Positions 44,585-54,309 of a stretch of 64,000 nt of DNA are shown in pieces. How positions within the stretch are numbered: position 1 is the stretch's first letter; the number at the start of each line of letters is the position of its first letter. A program made the translations under genes and the position numbers. The stretch spans positions 18,718 to 82,717 of the forward strand of contig CACXXW010000002.1 of the NCBI GenBank assembly GCA_902771635.1, written 5' to 3'. The notes below the pieces were generated by a model. That model was not told the DNA's origin and made no database searches. It was given only the letters and a program-made list of their open reading frames with translations. The stretch comes from an uncultured Bacteroidia bacterium (lineage in GTDB: Bacteria; Bacteroidota; Bacteroidia; Bacteroidales; F082).

Positions 44585-45718
44585 ATGATGCAATTCAGAG
44601 ATTTAAAAACCCAATATAATGTCCTCAAGGACGAAATGGATAAGGCCATCCTTGATGTGGTGTCCTCCAGCGCCTATGTCATGGGCCCGAAAATCAAGGA
44701 GATGGAAATAGCTTTCGCCGATTACGTTGGCATAAAGCATTGCGTGGCTTGCAATAGCGGTACAGATGCCTTGCTTCTTGCCTTGAAGGTGTGGAATGTG
44801 AAGCCTGGCGATGCTGTCTTTGTTCCCAGTTTCACCTTCTTTGCTTCAGCGGAAGTGATTGCCATGCAAGGTGCGACACCTGTTTTCGTCGATGTCGACA
44901 AGGACACTTTCAATATGGATGTGGACGATCTTGAGCGTAAGATTGAGCAGACTATTAAGGCTGGAAAACTTACACCTCGCGTTGTCATTGCTGTCGACTT
45001 GTTCGGTCTGCCTGCCGATTTCAAGACTATCCGAAAGGTAGCCGACAAACACAAGCTTTATGTCCTTGAAGATGGAGCGCAAGGCTTTGGTGGCCGAATC
45101 GGTGACCGCAAGGCTTGCACCTTTGGTGATATTTCCACCACCTCGTTTTTCCCTGCCAAACCGGTGGGCTGCTACGGCGATGGAGGAGCGGCGTTCACCG
45201 ACAACGATGAGTGGGCCGAGTTGCTTGAGTCTTATCACATTCATGGCAAAGGCAGCGACCGTTACGACAATGTGCGTATTGGTATGAACTCGCGTTTGGA
45301 CAGCATCCAGGCGGCTATCCTCTTGGTGAAGCTCAAAGCTTTCAAGGAATATGAATTGGTTGATGTCAACAAAGTGGCAGCTCGTTATACTGAGAAGCTG
45401 AAGGATGTGGTGAAGACCCCGATTGTGCCTGAAGGCTTCTATTCCAGCTGGGCTCAATATACATTACAGCTTGAGGACAAGGAGGCTAGGGCTGGATTGC
45501 AAGCTGCGTTGAAGGCACTCGATATACCTACTGCTATCTATTATCCTATCCCGATGCACCGTCAGACAGCGTTCAACTATCTGAACCCTGACGACAACCG
45601 TTGTCCTGTATCCGACCAGTTGGCCGATACAGTGGTTTCGCTTCCTATCCATCCTTATCTTTCTGAAAAAGATCAGGACGTGATTTGCGATGCTATTCGT
45701 GGGTTTTTGAAGAAATAA
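44585..45718 (+). CDS. DegT/DnrJ/EryC1/StrS-family sugar aminotransferase (WbpE-like)
   Basis: CNSGTDALLLAL, the PLP-Lys region SFFPAKPVGCYGDGG, and family size. Confidence 0.85.
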   Translation: MMQFRDLKTQYNVLKDEMDKAILDVVSSSAYVMGPKIKEMEIAFADYVGIKHCVACNSGTDALLLALKVWNVKPGDAVFVPSFTFFASAEVIAMQGATPVFVDVDKDTFNMDVDDLERKIEQTIKAGKLTPRVVIAVDLFGLPADFKTIRKVADKHKLYVLEDGAQGFGGRIGDRKACTFGDISTTSFFPAKPVGCYGDGGAAFTDNDEWAELLESYHIHGKGSDRYDNVRIGMNSRLDSIQAAILLVKLKAFKEYELVDVNKVAARYTEKLKDVVKTPIVPEGFYSSWAQYTLQLEDKEARAGLQAALKALDIPTAIYYPIPMHRQTAFNYLNPDDNRCPVSDQLADTVVSLPIHPYLSEKDQDVICDAIRGFLKK

Positions 45719-45719
45719 A

Positions 45720-46853
45720 TTGCTGGCAGACATGGGTCTTAGGTCATTTTTCAGTGATATGATTGCTCGCGACAATTACGACGAGGTAATGGAGTATCTT
45801 GCCGTGACCGAGACCCAGCATGCCCCGATGTTTGAGTTTGACCATGCTCCGGAACAGCTTCGTGAGCTGATTGAGATAGCCCAAACGCCAAGAGGTCCCG
45901 AGCGTTCGCAATGGCTCAATGACTTTGCTGATAAGGCTGGGGCCTTGCCTGACGGCGAAGCTGAAGTGCTCCTCGCCAAAGACCATCTGAATGCTGTCCG
46001 TCATTTGAACAGTTTCTTGCGTAGTGCCAACGCCAAATTGAAGCAAGATGGCTATTTTGTTTGTGGTTTCGACACCTCCCAAAAGCGTAGGGCACAGATT
46101 TTCAGTAAGTATCCTAAAATAATTGCCTATATTGTCTATTTCTTTGATTTCCTGTGGCATAGGGTGTGCCCAAAGGTCGGATTGACCCGTAGGTTTTATT
46201 ATTTCTGCACGAGAAAAGTGAGGAAAGTTTTCCCTAGGCCTGAGGTGTTGGGTAGATTGTATTATTGTGGTTTCGAGGTGGTCGGTGAGCAGTATATCCA
46301 CGACCGTTATTGTGTGATAGCCCAAAAGAAGCGTCTTCCCAGCAAGGACCAGCACACTTATGGTGCACTGATTCGGTTGAGAAGATACGGAAAAGACGGC
46401 AAGCTTTTTAATGTGTTCAAGTTTAGGACGATGTATGCCTATTCGGAGTACCTGCAGACCTATATCTATGAGAACAACGACTTGGATGTGGGTGGCAAAT
46501 TCTATGATGACTATCGAGTGACCGAATGGGGACGGTTCCTAAGAAAGGCCTGGCTCGATGAATTGCCGATGGTCATCAATTTGATAAAAGGGCAGATGAA
46601 AATAGTGGGGGTGAGGCCGCTTAGCCAACAGTATTTCAATTTGTATAGTAAAGAGTTACAAGAGCTTAGAATCAAGACTAAGCCAGGACTTCTTCCTCCT
46701 TTTTATGTCGACATGCCTGAAACCCTTGATGAGATCCAGGAGAGCGAGATGCGTTATTTGAAGGCTTATTTGGAACACCCCTTCCGTACCGACTGGACCT
46801 ACTTTTGGAAAATCATAGCCAACATCCTCTTTAAAGGGAAGAGGTCTAAGTGA
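45720..46853 (+). CDS. Bacterial sugar transferase (phosphoglycosyl transferase) with an atypical ~210-aa N-terminal domain
   Basis: C-terminal half has KLFNVFKFRTM and DELPMVINLIKGQMKIVGVRP. TTG at 45720 or ATG at 45732. Confidence 0.75.
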   Translation: MLADMGLRSFFSDMIARDNYDEVMEYLAVTETQHAPMFEFDHAPEQLRELIEIAQTPRGPERSQWLNDFADKAGALPDGEAEVLLAKDHLNAVRHLNSFLRSANAKLKQDGYFVCGFDTSQKRRAQIFSKYPKIIAYIVYFFDFLWHRVCPKVGLTRRFYYFCTRKVRKVFPRPEVLGRLYYCGFEVVGEQYIHDRYCVIAQKKRLPSKDQHTYGALIRLRRYGKDGKLFNVFKFRTMYAYSEYLQTYIYENNDLDVGGKFYDDYRVTEWGRFLRKAWLDELPMVINLIKGQMKIVGVRPLSQQYFNLYSKELQELRIKTKPGLLPPFYVDMPETLDEIQESEMRYLKAYLEHPFRTDWTYFWKIIANILFKGKRSK

Positions 46854-46866
46854 AAAAAGCTAAATG

Positions 46867-46906
46867 TATTTTTGCTTTTTTTATTGAAAAATAATCTATA
46901 TTTTTG
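46867..46906 (+). promoter_or_regulatory. Two TATTTTTG -7 boxes (46867-46874, 46899-46906) ahead of the wzm operon
   Basis: Seen directly. They leave a 140-180-nt leader before the ATG at 47046. Confidence 0.45.
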
Positions 46907-47045
46907 CAGGCTGTAATATTGGGTAATTATGCCCATGATTACGGATAGAAATGCCACCATCTTATGCGTGAGACAAGTGGCTTATACATAAATAGTTATG
47001 CTTTCTTGATGTGAGTCAAGTGGCGAAGCTTTACATTTTTTTGAA

Positions 47046-47924
47046 ATGAGTCAAACAAAAGAAAACGGAAACTGGACCACCATTATCAAGCCTCGAAACA
47101 AGCTTTTTGAGGTGAATTTGAAAGAAATTTGGGATTATCGTGACCTATTGACGCTTTTTGTGAAGCGCACAATCGCAGTGCAATACAAACAGACCGTCTT
47201 GGGCCCCTTGTGGTGGATTATCCAACCTGCCTTTACGGTTTTCATGTATATGGTGGTGTTTGGAGGCATTGCGGGCATCCCCACCGATGGTATTCCACAA
47301 CCTTTGTTTTATTTAGGTGGCATTGCCATGTGGCAATATTTCTCTGATTGTCTTACCAGGACTTCCAATACCTTTGTGACTAATTCCGGCATTTTTGGCA
47401 AGGTGTATTTTCCAAGGCTAATTATGCCACTATCGGTAGCCATTAGCAATCTGGTGCGTTTTGGTATCCAGCTGGGACTTTTTGTTTTGGTTTATATTTA
47501 TTATGTCATCGTGGGAGAAGCACCGAGCCCCAATTGGTATCTGTTGTTGTTCCCGCTTTTGGTAGTAATGATGGCAGGTTTGGCTTTAGGCTTTGGCATC
47601 ATTATTTCCTCGATGACGACAAAATATCGTGATTTGCAGATTCTCTTCTCCTTCTTCATCTCTTTGTGGATGTATGCCACGCCTATTGTTTATCCTTTGA
47701 GTCAAGTGGCTGGAAAAGAAAAATTTGGACTCGATATTGCCAGCGTCATGTGCCTCAATCCGGTAACACCCGTTATCGAGGCCTTCAAGTATGGCGCATT
47801 GGGGGCAGGTCAGTTTGTCGGCTGGGGCTGGTTGGCCTATAGCTTTGGCTTTATGTTGGTCGTGCTCTTCATAGGCATTCTGATTTTCAACAAGGTGCAG
47901 AAGAGCTTTATGGATACTGTGTAA
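47046..47924 (+). CDS. wzm: ABC-2 type polysaccharide exporter permease
   Basis: 292 aa with 6 hydrophobic segments. N-terminal WDYRDLL...KRTIAVQYKQTVLGPLWWIIQP is typical of Wzm/TagG. Confidence 0.8.
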   Translation: MSQTKENGNWTTIIKPRNKLFEVNLKEIWDYRDLLTLFVKRTIAVQYKQTVLGPLWWIIQPAFTVFMYMVVFGGIAGIPTDGIPQPLFYLGGIAMWQYFSDCLTRTSNTFVTNSGIFGKVYFPRLIMPLSVAISNLVRFGIQLGLFVLVYIYYVIVGEAPSPNWYLLLFPLLVVMMAGLALGFGIIISSMTTKYRDLQILFSFFISLWMYATPIVYPLSQVAGKEKFGLDIASVMCLNPVTPVIEAFKYGALGAGQFVGWGWLAYSFGFMLVVLFIGILIFNKVQKSFMDTV

Positions 47925-47953
47925 GTTTGACTCGTTTTGCTTTAAACGCTTTT

Positions 47954-48934
47954 ATGGATGAATTGGTAAGTGTTATCATCAATGTCTATAACTGCAAGAC
48001 ATATCTTCCAAAGACCCTTGATAGTGTACGCGAGCAAAGTTATCGGAATTTGGAAGTGATTTTGGTGGATGATTGTTCTACAGATGGTTCAGGTGAGTTT
48101 TGTGATGAGTATTGCCAACAAGATGAGCGTCTCCGCGTCATCCATCATGAGAAAAACACGGGGGTAAGCGGGCCGAGGAATACCGGGCTGAGGAATGCCA
48201 AAGGCGACTATGTCTATTTCATGGATGGTGACGATTATATCCATGTGGAAGCCATAGAGGCACTGGTGGAAGCCATAAAGGAAACAGGTCTCGAACTGGC
48301 CGCTTTCGACTTTGTAAGGACTGATTCGTTGGAAGAGGATACACATTGCCCGCGAAATAGGAAACCGGTAGAAATAGTCTCGACGGAACAAATGATATTC
48401 GAGATGCTGTCGGAGGTGATGATGAAATGGTGTGTGGTGTGGAATAAACTATACAAGCGTACACTCATCGACGGCCTCTTTCTGAATGATGCTTACAGCA
48501 TACAGGACCAGGATTTCAATATTAGAGTGTATCAACGTATAGATCAGGCAGCTTTCGTTCCTGAGCCGTTGTACTGGTATTTCAGTAATCCCGATTCACT
48601 CCAGCGTAATCCTTCATACAATGCCAAACGGCTTTATCTAAACACTAAAAACCGTTTCAAAATGTTGGATTACATTCTGCCTGGGAAGAATGAGAAGAAA
48701 TATCGTGAGTGGATTCTTTATTATGGGTATTCTCAGATGTTGCAACGGCGTGAAAAAGAGAAAGGTACGGAGTTTGAAGATGACTATAGGAGATTGGGAA
48801 AGGAAATTATTAAGAAGACAGGACGGGAATTCCTTTTCATGAGAGATTTCTCATTGAGGAAGAAGGCGAATTTCTTGCTTTCTTGGTATTTCCCAAAGAT
48901 GTATGAGACATACGCTGGTTTGATAAATGAATGA
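47954..48934 (+). CDS. Glycosyltransferase family 2
   Basis: VSVIINVYNCKTYL and VDDCSTDGS, with DGDD (DxD). Confidence 0.8.
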   Translation: MDELVSVIINVYNCKTYLPKTLDSVREQSYRNLEVILVDDCSTDGSGEFCDEYCQQDERLRVIHHEKNTGVSGPRNTGLRNAKGDYVYFMDGDDYIHVEAIEALVEAIKETGLELAAFDFVRTDSLEEDTHCPRNRKPVEIVSTEQMIFEMLSEVMMKWCVVWNKLYKRTLIDGLFLNDAYSIQDQDFNIRVYQRIDQAAFVPEPLYWYFSNPDSLQRNPSYNAKRLYLNTKNRFKMLDYILPGKNEKKYREWILYYGYSQMLQRREKEKGTEFEDDYRRLGKEIIKKTGREFLFMRDFSLRKKANFLLSWYFPKMYETYAGLINE

Positions 48935-48972
48935 TGCAAAGACTTATAGTTTGGTTTTTGGGTTTTTCATAG

Positions 48973-50121
48973 ATGATTTCTGTTTTGTTTTTAAGTAATG
49001 CTGGTGGGGCAACGAATGGAGCTGGCCAATCTTTGATAGATTTGATAGAATCAGTCAAGGAGGAAGTTAAACCTATAGTCTTTGTAAGCGGCAAGGGAGA
49101 TGTATTTGATTACTTTGTTGGCCATGGAATAGAATGCTATGTTTGTCCTTCATCGACTGTTTTCGGGCCGCCGCGTGGCTGGCGCCATTATCTTTCTCAT
49201 CCATGGCATTTAAGGCTGTTTAGGGATTATCGACTGACTCGGAGGATGATAAAAAAAGTGAAGACAGGGTTGTCGGTCAGTCATATTGATCTAATTCACA
49301 CCAATACTTCAACGATTTGTTCGGGATACTATCTTTCTAGAATATTAAAGATCAAACATATATGGCATGTTAGGGAGTATCTGGATGTGGGCGTGCATAT
49401 ACAAGGTGAATTAAGCTATGGGTTGCCTCATCTCAAGCAAATGATGAATGCTGCCGATGCTAGGGTTCTAGTTTCAAATCCCTGTTGTCAGCATTGGGGT
49501 TTGAAGAAAGAGAATACTTGGATGGTTTGGGACGCAGTTCGTAGTGTCAATGATTGCTGCTATGAGAAAGTAAAGCAACCGTATATTTTGTTTTGTTCTC
49601 AATGGGTGACTGAGGGGAAGGGGATAAGCAAGACCATCACTGCCTATGGCATGAGCAATTTATTCAACTCATCAGATAGAATCCGATTGAAAATAGTTGG
49701 AATTTGTGATAAAGAATACGAAAAAGAATTGAGAGCCATTGCCGATGGTTATGGCTGTGCTGAATACGTTGATTTCATTCCTGCCCAGAAAGACGTAAAG
49801 CCGTTTTTTTCCCAAGCCATGGCATTTATCAATTCATCTGTCAACGAAGGTATGGGGCGTACAACTGCCGAAGCTATGTTCTATGGTTGTCCAGTCATTG
49901 CATATGCTTCGGGCGGCACATTGGATTTGGTAAAAGATGGAGAGACTGGTTATTTGTTCAATACGGTAGAGGAGTGTGCCGAACTGATGCGCAAAGTGTG
50001 TACAACCGATCAGAAAGATATAATCTTGAGAGCTCAGGAGTTTGCAAAGCAGAATCTGTCTATCGAGAAATATGGCTCTAAGATCATGGAGGTGTACAAT
50101 TCGGTTTTGGAGATGAAATAA
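48973..50121 (+). CDS. GT-B glycosyltransferase (GT4/GT1 family)
   Basis: EGMGRTTAEAMFYGCPVIAYASGGTLDLVKDGETGYLF (E-x7-E region). Confidence 0.8.
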   Translation: MISVLFLSNAGGATNGAGQSLIDLIESVKEEVKPIVFVSGKGDVFDYFVGHGIECYVCPSSTVFGPPRGWRHYLSHPWHLRLFRDYRLTRRMIKKVKTGLSVSHIDLIHTNTSTICSGYYLSRILKIKHIWHVREYLDVGVHIQGELSYGLPHLKQMMNAADARVLVSNPCCQHWGLKKENTWMVWDAVRSVNDCCYEKVKQPYILFCSQWVTEGKGISKTITAYGMSNLFNSSDRIRLKIVGICDKEYEKELRAIADGYGCAEYVDFIPAQKDVKPFFSQAMAFINSSVNEGMGRTTAEAMFYGCPVIAYASGGTLDLVKDGETGYLFNTVEECAELMRKVCTTDQKDIILRAQEFAKQNLSIEKYGSKIMEVYNSVLEMK

Positions 50122-50164
50122 AGATGTACATGTGTTGGATATATAAACCATCAAATCAGTTTTA

Positions 50165-51040
50165 ATGAATCTAGAGCAAGAAGTTATTTGCAGCTTCGAA
50201 GTTTCAGCCAAGATGAAACGAGTCTGGGCCATGGAATTGGATATGGTCAAGAGTTTTGTCTCTGTTTGTGAGAGGCATGACCTGACCTATTACATCATGG
50301 GAGGGACCTTGCTGGGAGCAGTGCGTCATAAAGGTTTTATCCCATGGGACAACGACATCGATATGGCCATGCCTAGAAAGGATTTCAACAAGCTCTTGGA
50401 GATAGGACCGACCGCATTCGAGAAGCCGTTGTTTTTCCAGACACCTGTCACCGAACAGGGGCGCTTTTTCTGCACTTATGTCAAGATTAGGGATGAAAGG
50501 GGTACAGCAGCTTCGGAGGCTGAATATAGTAAAGGCATCAATTGCGGGTTGTTCATTGACGTGTTTTGCCTGGATGAGATTCCAGATGGCAAGTGGCGGC
50601 GTGATTTATATGTCCGAAAGTTGAATGAGATTGCAAAAATGCAGCGTTTTTGTTTCGACAAGCCTGTGGAAGGCGGATTGACAGCCAATGCTAAACATGC
50701 CTTGCAACGTCTGGTCTATCGTTTGGTTTACCATAGTCCTGATGCAACTCAGCTTTTCCGCATCTATCACAGGAATGCAGGTAAGTTTGCAGGGAAAGAT
50801 TGTAAGGAAGTCGCGCATCTCGATTTCGGTTACCATAAGAAGTTCGTGTGGAACCGCAGCGATTGGGCTAATGCGGTGCAGCTGGATTTTGAAGGTAAGA
50901 AACTCAACGCTCCAGCAGGTTATGAGGCGATACTTAAACGACAGTATGGCGATTACATGCGGTTTCCCGACGACAAGTCGACGCACGACTATTTTGAGTT
51001 TGACCCAGATGTCCCATATACCGAATTTTTCAAGAAATAA
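50165..51040 (+). CDS. LicD-family phosphotransferase
   Basis: YYIMGGTLLGAVRHKGFIPWDNDIDMAMPRKDF (the LicD DxD nucleotidyltransferase-fold motif). Confidence 0.8.
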   Translation: MNLEQEVICSFEVSAKMKRVWAMELDMVKSFVSVCERHDLTYYIMGGTLLGAVRHKGFIPWDNDIDMAMPRKDFNKLLEIGPTAFEKPLFFQTPVTEQGRFFCTYVKIRDERGTAASEAEYSKGINCGLFIDVFCLDEIPDGKWRRDLYVRKLNEIAKMQRFCFDKPVEGGLTANAKHALQRLVYRLVYHSPDATQLFRIYHRNAGKFAGKDCKEVAHLDFGYHKKFVWNRSDWANAVQLDFEGKKLNAPAGYEAILKRQYGDYMRFPDDKSTHDYFEFDPDVPYTEFFKK

Positions 51041-51042
51041 TC

Positions 51043-52041
51043 ATGGAAATGCAAATGGAACCTTTGAAAGTTGTCCTCACCCCTGTCCGTAACGAAGCAT
51101 GGGTGCTCCGTGCCTTCTTGGAAGCCACATCCTTGTGGGCAGATTACATTATCATTGCCGACCAAATGTCGACAGACGGCAGCCGCGAGATTGCGAAGGA
51201 ATTTCCTAAGGTAATCTTGATTGACAACAATCGAAAAGAGATGCACATGGCAGCCACGAGAAGACTGTTGTTTGAGGAGGCGAAAAAGATTGAGGGAGAG
51301 AAGCTGCTTTTTGCTTTGGATGCCGATGAGTTCCTTTCGGGCGATTTTGTCAACACAGCCGATTGGGAAAAAATCCTCAAGTCAAAACCGGATGATTCGT
51401 TTTGTTGGCGGTGGATGAATCTGAAGCGAAATGATATTACAAAATACAGCACATTCCAGCATTATTATTGGGGTGTGCATGAGTCGGAAACACTGTGGGA
51501 GGGGACCTTCCCCGATAATTTCATTCATGAATGGCGTTTGCCTTGGCCGCCTAATGCGGATGATTCGCATAAGATCCTTTTGGATGATTTTTGTTCCATT
51601 CATTTGGCTCGGGTCAATGAATTGAGGCAAAAAAACAAAGAGCGATTTTATCAGGTTTCCACAATAGGACAGAATCCAAAAACAAGTATGGTGTCATTAT
51701 ATAGGCAGTATCATAGTGAAGAAGAGTTGGATTATTTCGATGTTCCTCAAGATGCATATTGCTTTTATGAAAAGAATGGTCTTGATATTTGGAAATACAT
51801 TGACATGGATGATGAAGGTGCATATTACACCAACGAAATCCTAAGCTATTTTCAAAAAGATGGGATCAAGAAGTTCGCTTTACTTGATATATGGGATGAG
51901 GATTGGATGAAAAGGAATGGAATCAAAGATCCGAGGACGGGTATGCAAAAGCTGCTCCATAAGTATTTGCGGTCTACGATGCATTCATCTGACAAGTTTT
52001 TGGTTCGTGCTATAGATAAAGTGTTAAAGTGGTTCGTTTGA
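51043..52041 (+). CDS. GT-A fold glycosyltransferase (GT2-like)
   Basis: VVLTPVRNEAWVL, ADQMSTDGS and ALDADEF. Confidence 0.55.
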   Translation: MEMQMEPLKVVLTPVRNEAWVLRAFLEATSLWADYIIIADQMSTDGSREIAKEFPKVILIDNNRKEMHMAATRRLLFEEAKKIEGEKLLFALDADEFLSGDFVNTADWEKILKSKPDDSFCWRWMNLKRNDITKYSTFQHYYWGVHESETLWEGTFPDNFIHEWRLPWPPNADDSHKILLDDFCSIHLARVNELRQKNKERFYQVSTIGQNPKTSMVSLYRQYHSEEELDYFDVPQDAYCFYEKNGLDIWKYIDMDDEGAYYTNEILSYFQKDGIKKFALLDIWDEDWMKRNGIKDPRTGMQKLLHKYLRSTMHSSDKFLVRAIDKVLKWFV

Positions 52042-52057
52042 GGAAATTATAAAAAGT

Positions 52058-53353
52058 ATGGCAACAGCAATAGAATTCAACAACATTAGCAAACTCTACC
52101 GCTTGGGTTTGGTGTCAAGTGGTACTTTGAGCAACGACCTTAAAAGGTGGTGGCAGATGAATGTTTTGGGCAAGGAAGACCCGTTCCTCAAGGTGGGTTC
52201 GGTGAACGACCGTTCCAAAGCCGCCGACAGCGATTATGTTTGGGCCTTGAAGGATATCGATTTCAAGGTGGAACAAGGCGATGTGGTGGGCATCATCGGC
52301 AAGAACGGCGCTGGAAAGAGTACTCTTTTGAAGTTGCTTTCCAAAGTGACCGGACCAACCACGGGCACCATAAAGGCCAGAGGCCGAATAGGTTCGTTGC
52401 TTGAAGTGGGAACAGGCTTTCACCCTGAACTCACTGGTCGCGAGAACATTTATATGAATGGTGCTATTCTAGGAATGTCCAAACAGGAAATCAACAGAAA
52501 GATAGATGCCATCATCGATTTTTCTGGTTGTGAGCGTTATATTGACACGCCAGTTAAACGTTACTCCAGTGGCATGACCGTTAGACTTGGTTTTGCGGTG
52601 GCTGCCCATCTCGATCCGGAGATTCTGGTGGTTGACGAGGTGCTTGCCGTGGGCGATGCCGAGTTCCAGAAAAAGGCTATCGGCAAGATGCAGGATGTGA
52701 GCCAAGGCGAAGGAAGGACTGTGCTGTTTGTGAGTCATAATATGGCTAGTATCAGGCAATTATGTATCTCTGGCGTTGTTCTTGACAAAGGAAGCGTGAA
52801 AATGATGGGTACGGCAGACGAGTGTGTGAATGAATATATAGGCAGTAATTTGTCGGTCTTATGTTCTTGTGCGGATATTACGGATGCGCATAGAAACTAT
52901 GAATACACGAGCCGAGACATCGAGTTTCTATCGGCGAAAATGTTGGGTGATGTGAATGAGATGGCATCCAACCAGCCTTTGGAGTTTGAAGTCAAGATGC
53001 GCAAGAACAAGCCGGTTGACAAGGCTACAATAGAAGTCATGTTAAACAACCAATCAGACATTCGCGTGGGTTGTTACATTTCAGATTACCTTGATCTTTC
53101 GAAAGTGAAAGTCGGCGGAGAGTTTGTGTGTAGAACCGTTATTGAACACCATGATTTGGCCAAAGGCAAATATGGAGTTGGTTTCAATATTGGCCTGAAA
53201 GACGTTCATGTAGGGTTGAAGGACTATGATGTTGTCCACAACGTGTTGGCTTTCTCGGTTGCGTATGCTGACGTTGTGAAAAAAGACGATTTTGCCTTTT
53301 GGCCATCTTATAACGGCAGTATTTATTTCAAGGGGCAAAGCGAATTGGTTTAA
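52058..53353 (+). CDS. wzt: Polysaccharide ABC exporter ATP-binding protein with a ~175-aa C-terminal extension
   Basis: GKNGAGKSTLLK, the YSSGM signature variant, LVVDEVLAVGD, then a non-NBD C-terminal domain. Confidence 0.85.
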   Translation: MATAIEFNNISKLYRLGLVSSGTLSNDLKRWWQMNVLGKEDPFLKVGSVNDRSKAADSDYVWALKDIDFKVEQGDVVGIIGKNGAGKSTLLKLLSKVTGPTTGTIKARGRIGSLLEVGTGFHPELTGRENIYMNGAILGMSKQEINRKIDAIIDFSGCERYIDTPVKRYSSGMTVRLGFAVAAHLDPEILVVDEVLAVGDAEFQKKAIGKMQDVSQGEGRTVLFVSHNMASIRQLCISGVVLDKGSVKMMGTADECVNEYIGSNLSVLCSCADITDAHRNYEYTSRDIEFLSAKMLGDVNEMASNQPLEFEVKMRKNKPVDKATIEVMLNNQSDIRVGCYISDYLDLSKVKVGGEFVCRTVIEHHDLAKGKYGVGFNIGLKDVHVGLKDYDVVHNVLAFSVAYADVVKKDDFAFWPSYNGSIYFKGQSELV

Positions 53354-53435
53354 GCATGTTGAACGTTTCACTATTTGATGTGTCGCGGTTAATAGTGCTT
53401 TTACCAATAAAGTGAAGAGAATGGGGAAAGACAAC

Positions 53436-54284
53436 ATGAAAAGATTTGTGATCTATAGCGCGATTATAGGCCAATATGACAACCCTTTACAACCCGCTGT
53501 AGTTGACGATCGGTTTGAATATGTGTTGTTTTCCAACTATCTTCCTGAGGGGAAGATGGGGGTTTGGCAAATCAAGCGCGTTGATTATGTTAACCCCATA
53601 CAAACCAAGATAGCCCGTTATGTGAAAACGCATCCAGAATCTTTGTTGCCACAATTTGAAGCTTCATTGTGGCTCGATGCCAACATCAGGATCAAAAACC
53701 AGTGTGTTTACGACAGGTTTGTCGAGTTGGTTGAGAAGAAAGTGACAGTTGCTAGCGTCAAGCATGTGCTTTGTGATTGCGTATATGAGGAAATGTTTAA
53801 TGTGCTGGATTTCCACTACGAAAGGGAAAAGACAGTCGTTGACTGGGGACATCTGCTGCGCAATCGTGACTATCCCAAACACAACGGAATCATCGAGACT
53901 GGCATGCTTTTCAGGATGCATACGCATGATGATGTGAAAGAAATGGATGCTTTGTGGTGGAAATATATTGAAAACTATTCACGCAGGGACCAATTGTCCT
54001 TTCCTTTGGTGTTGAAGGAATGCGGAATGCGATGTGAATATTTTTTGCCCGAAGGGAAAACGGTGCGCGATTTTGAAGGAACTGAGTTGGTGAAGCATAG
54101 AAACGAAACCACCAAGTTTGCATCGAGCGAAAAGCCTGCTTGGCTGATGCACCATTATCACAAGCATCACGAAGATAAGGAAAAAGTCTTCAATCTTTAT
54201 TACTGGATTTATGGAAGGCATTGCCCGATGTTGTGGGCTAAGGTTTTGGGTCAATACTATAGAATCCTTGATAGGCTGAATTGA
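53436..54284 (+). CDS. DUF616-type glycosyltransferase-like protein
   Basis: FVIYSAIIGQYDNP, YVLFSN and SLWLDANIRI patterns. Confidence 0.6.
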   Translation: MKRFVIYSAIIGQYDNPLQPAVVDDRFEYVLFSNYLPEGKMGVWQIKRVDYVNPIQTKIARYVKTHPESLLPQFEASLWLDANIRIKNQCVYDRFVELVEKKVTVASVKHVLCDCVYEEMFNVLDFHYEREKTVVDWGHLLRNRDYPKHNGIIETGMLFRMHTHDDVKEMDALWWKYIENYSRRDQLSFPLVLKECGMRCEYFLPEGKTVRDFEGTELVKHRNETTKFASSEKPAWLMHHYHKHHEDKEKVFNLYYWIYGRHCPMLWAKVLGQYYRILDRLN

Positions 54285-54309
54285 GGGAGTTGATTATAAT
54301 AGTGAGAAG

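Noticed and set aside
47699-47714. Third copy of GAGTCAAGTGGC inside wzm as a regulatory site
   Set aside because: It is a single 12-mer within coding sequence and could be chance. It is only mentioned under the leader finding.
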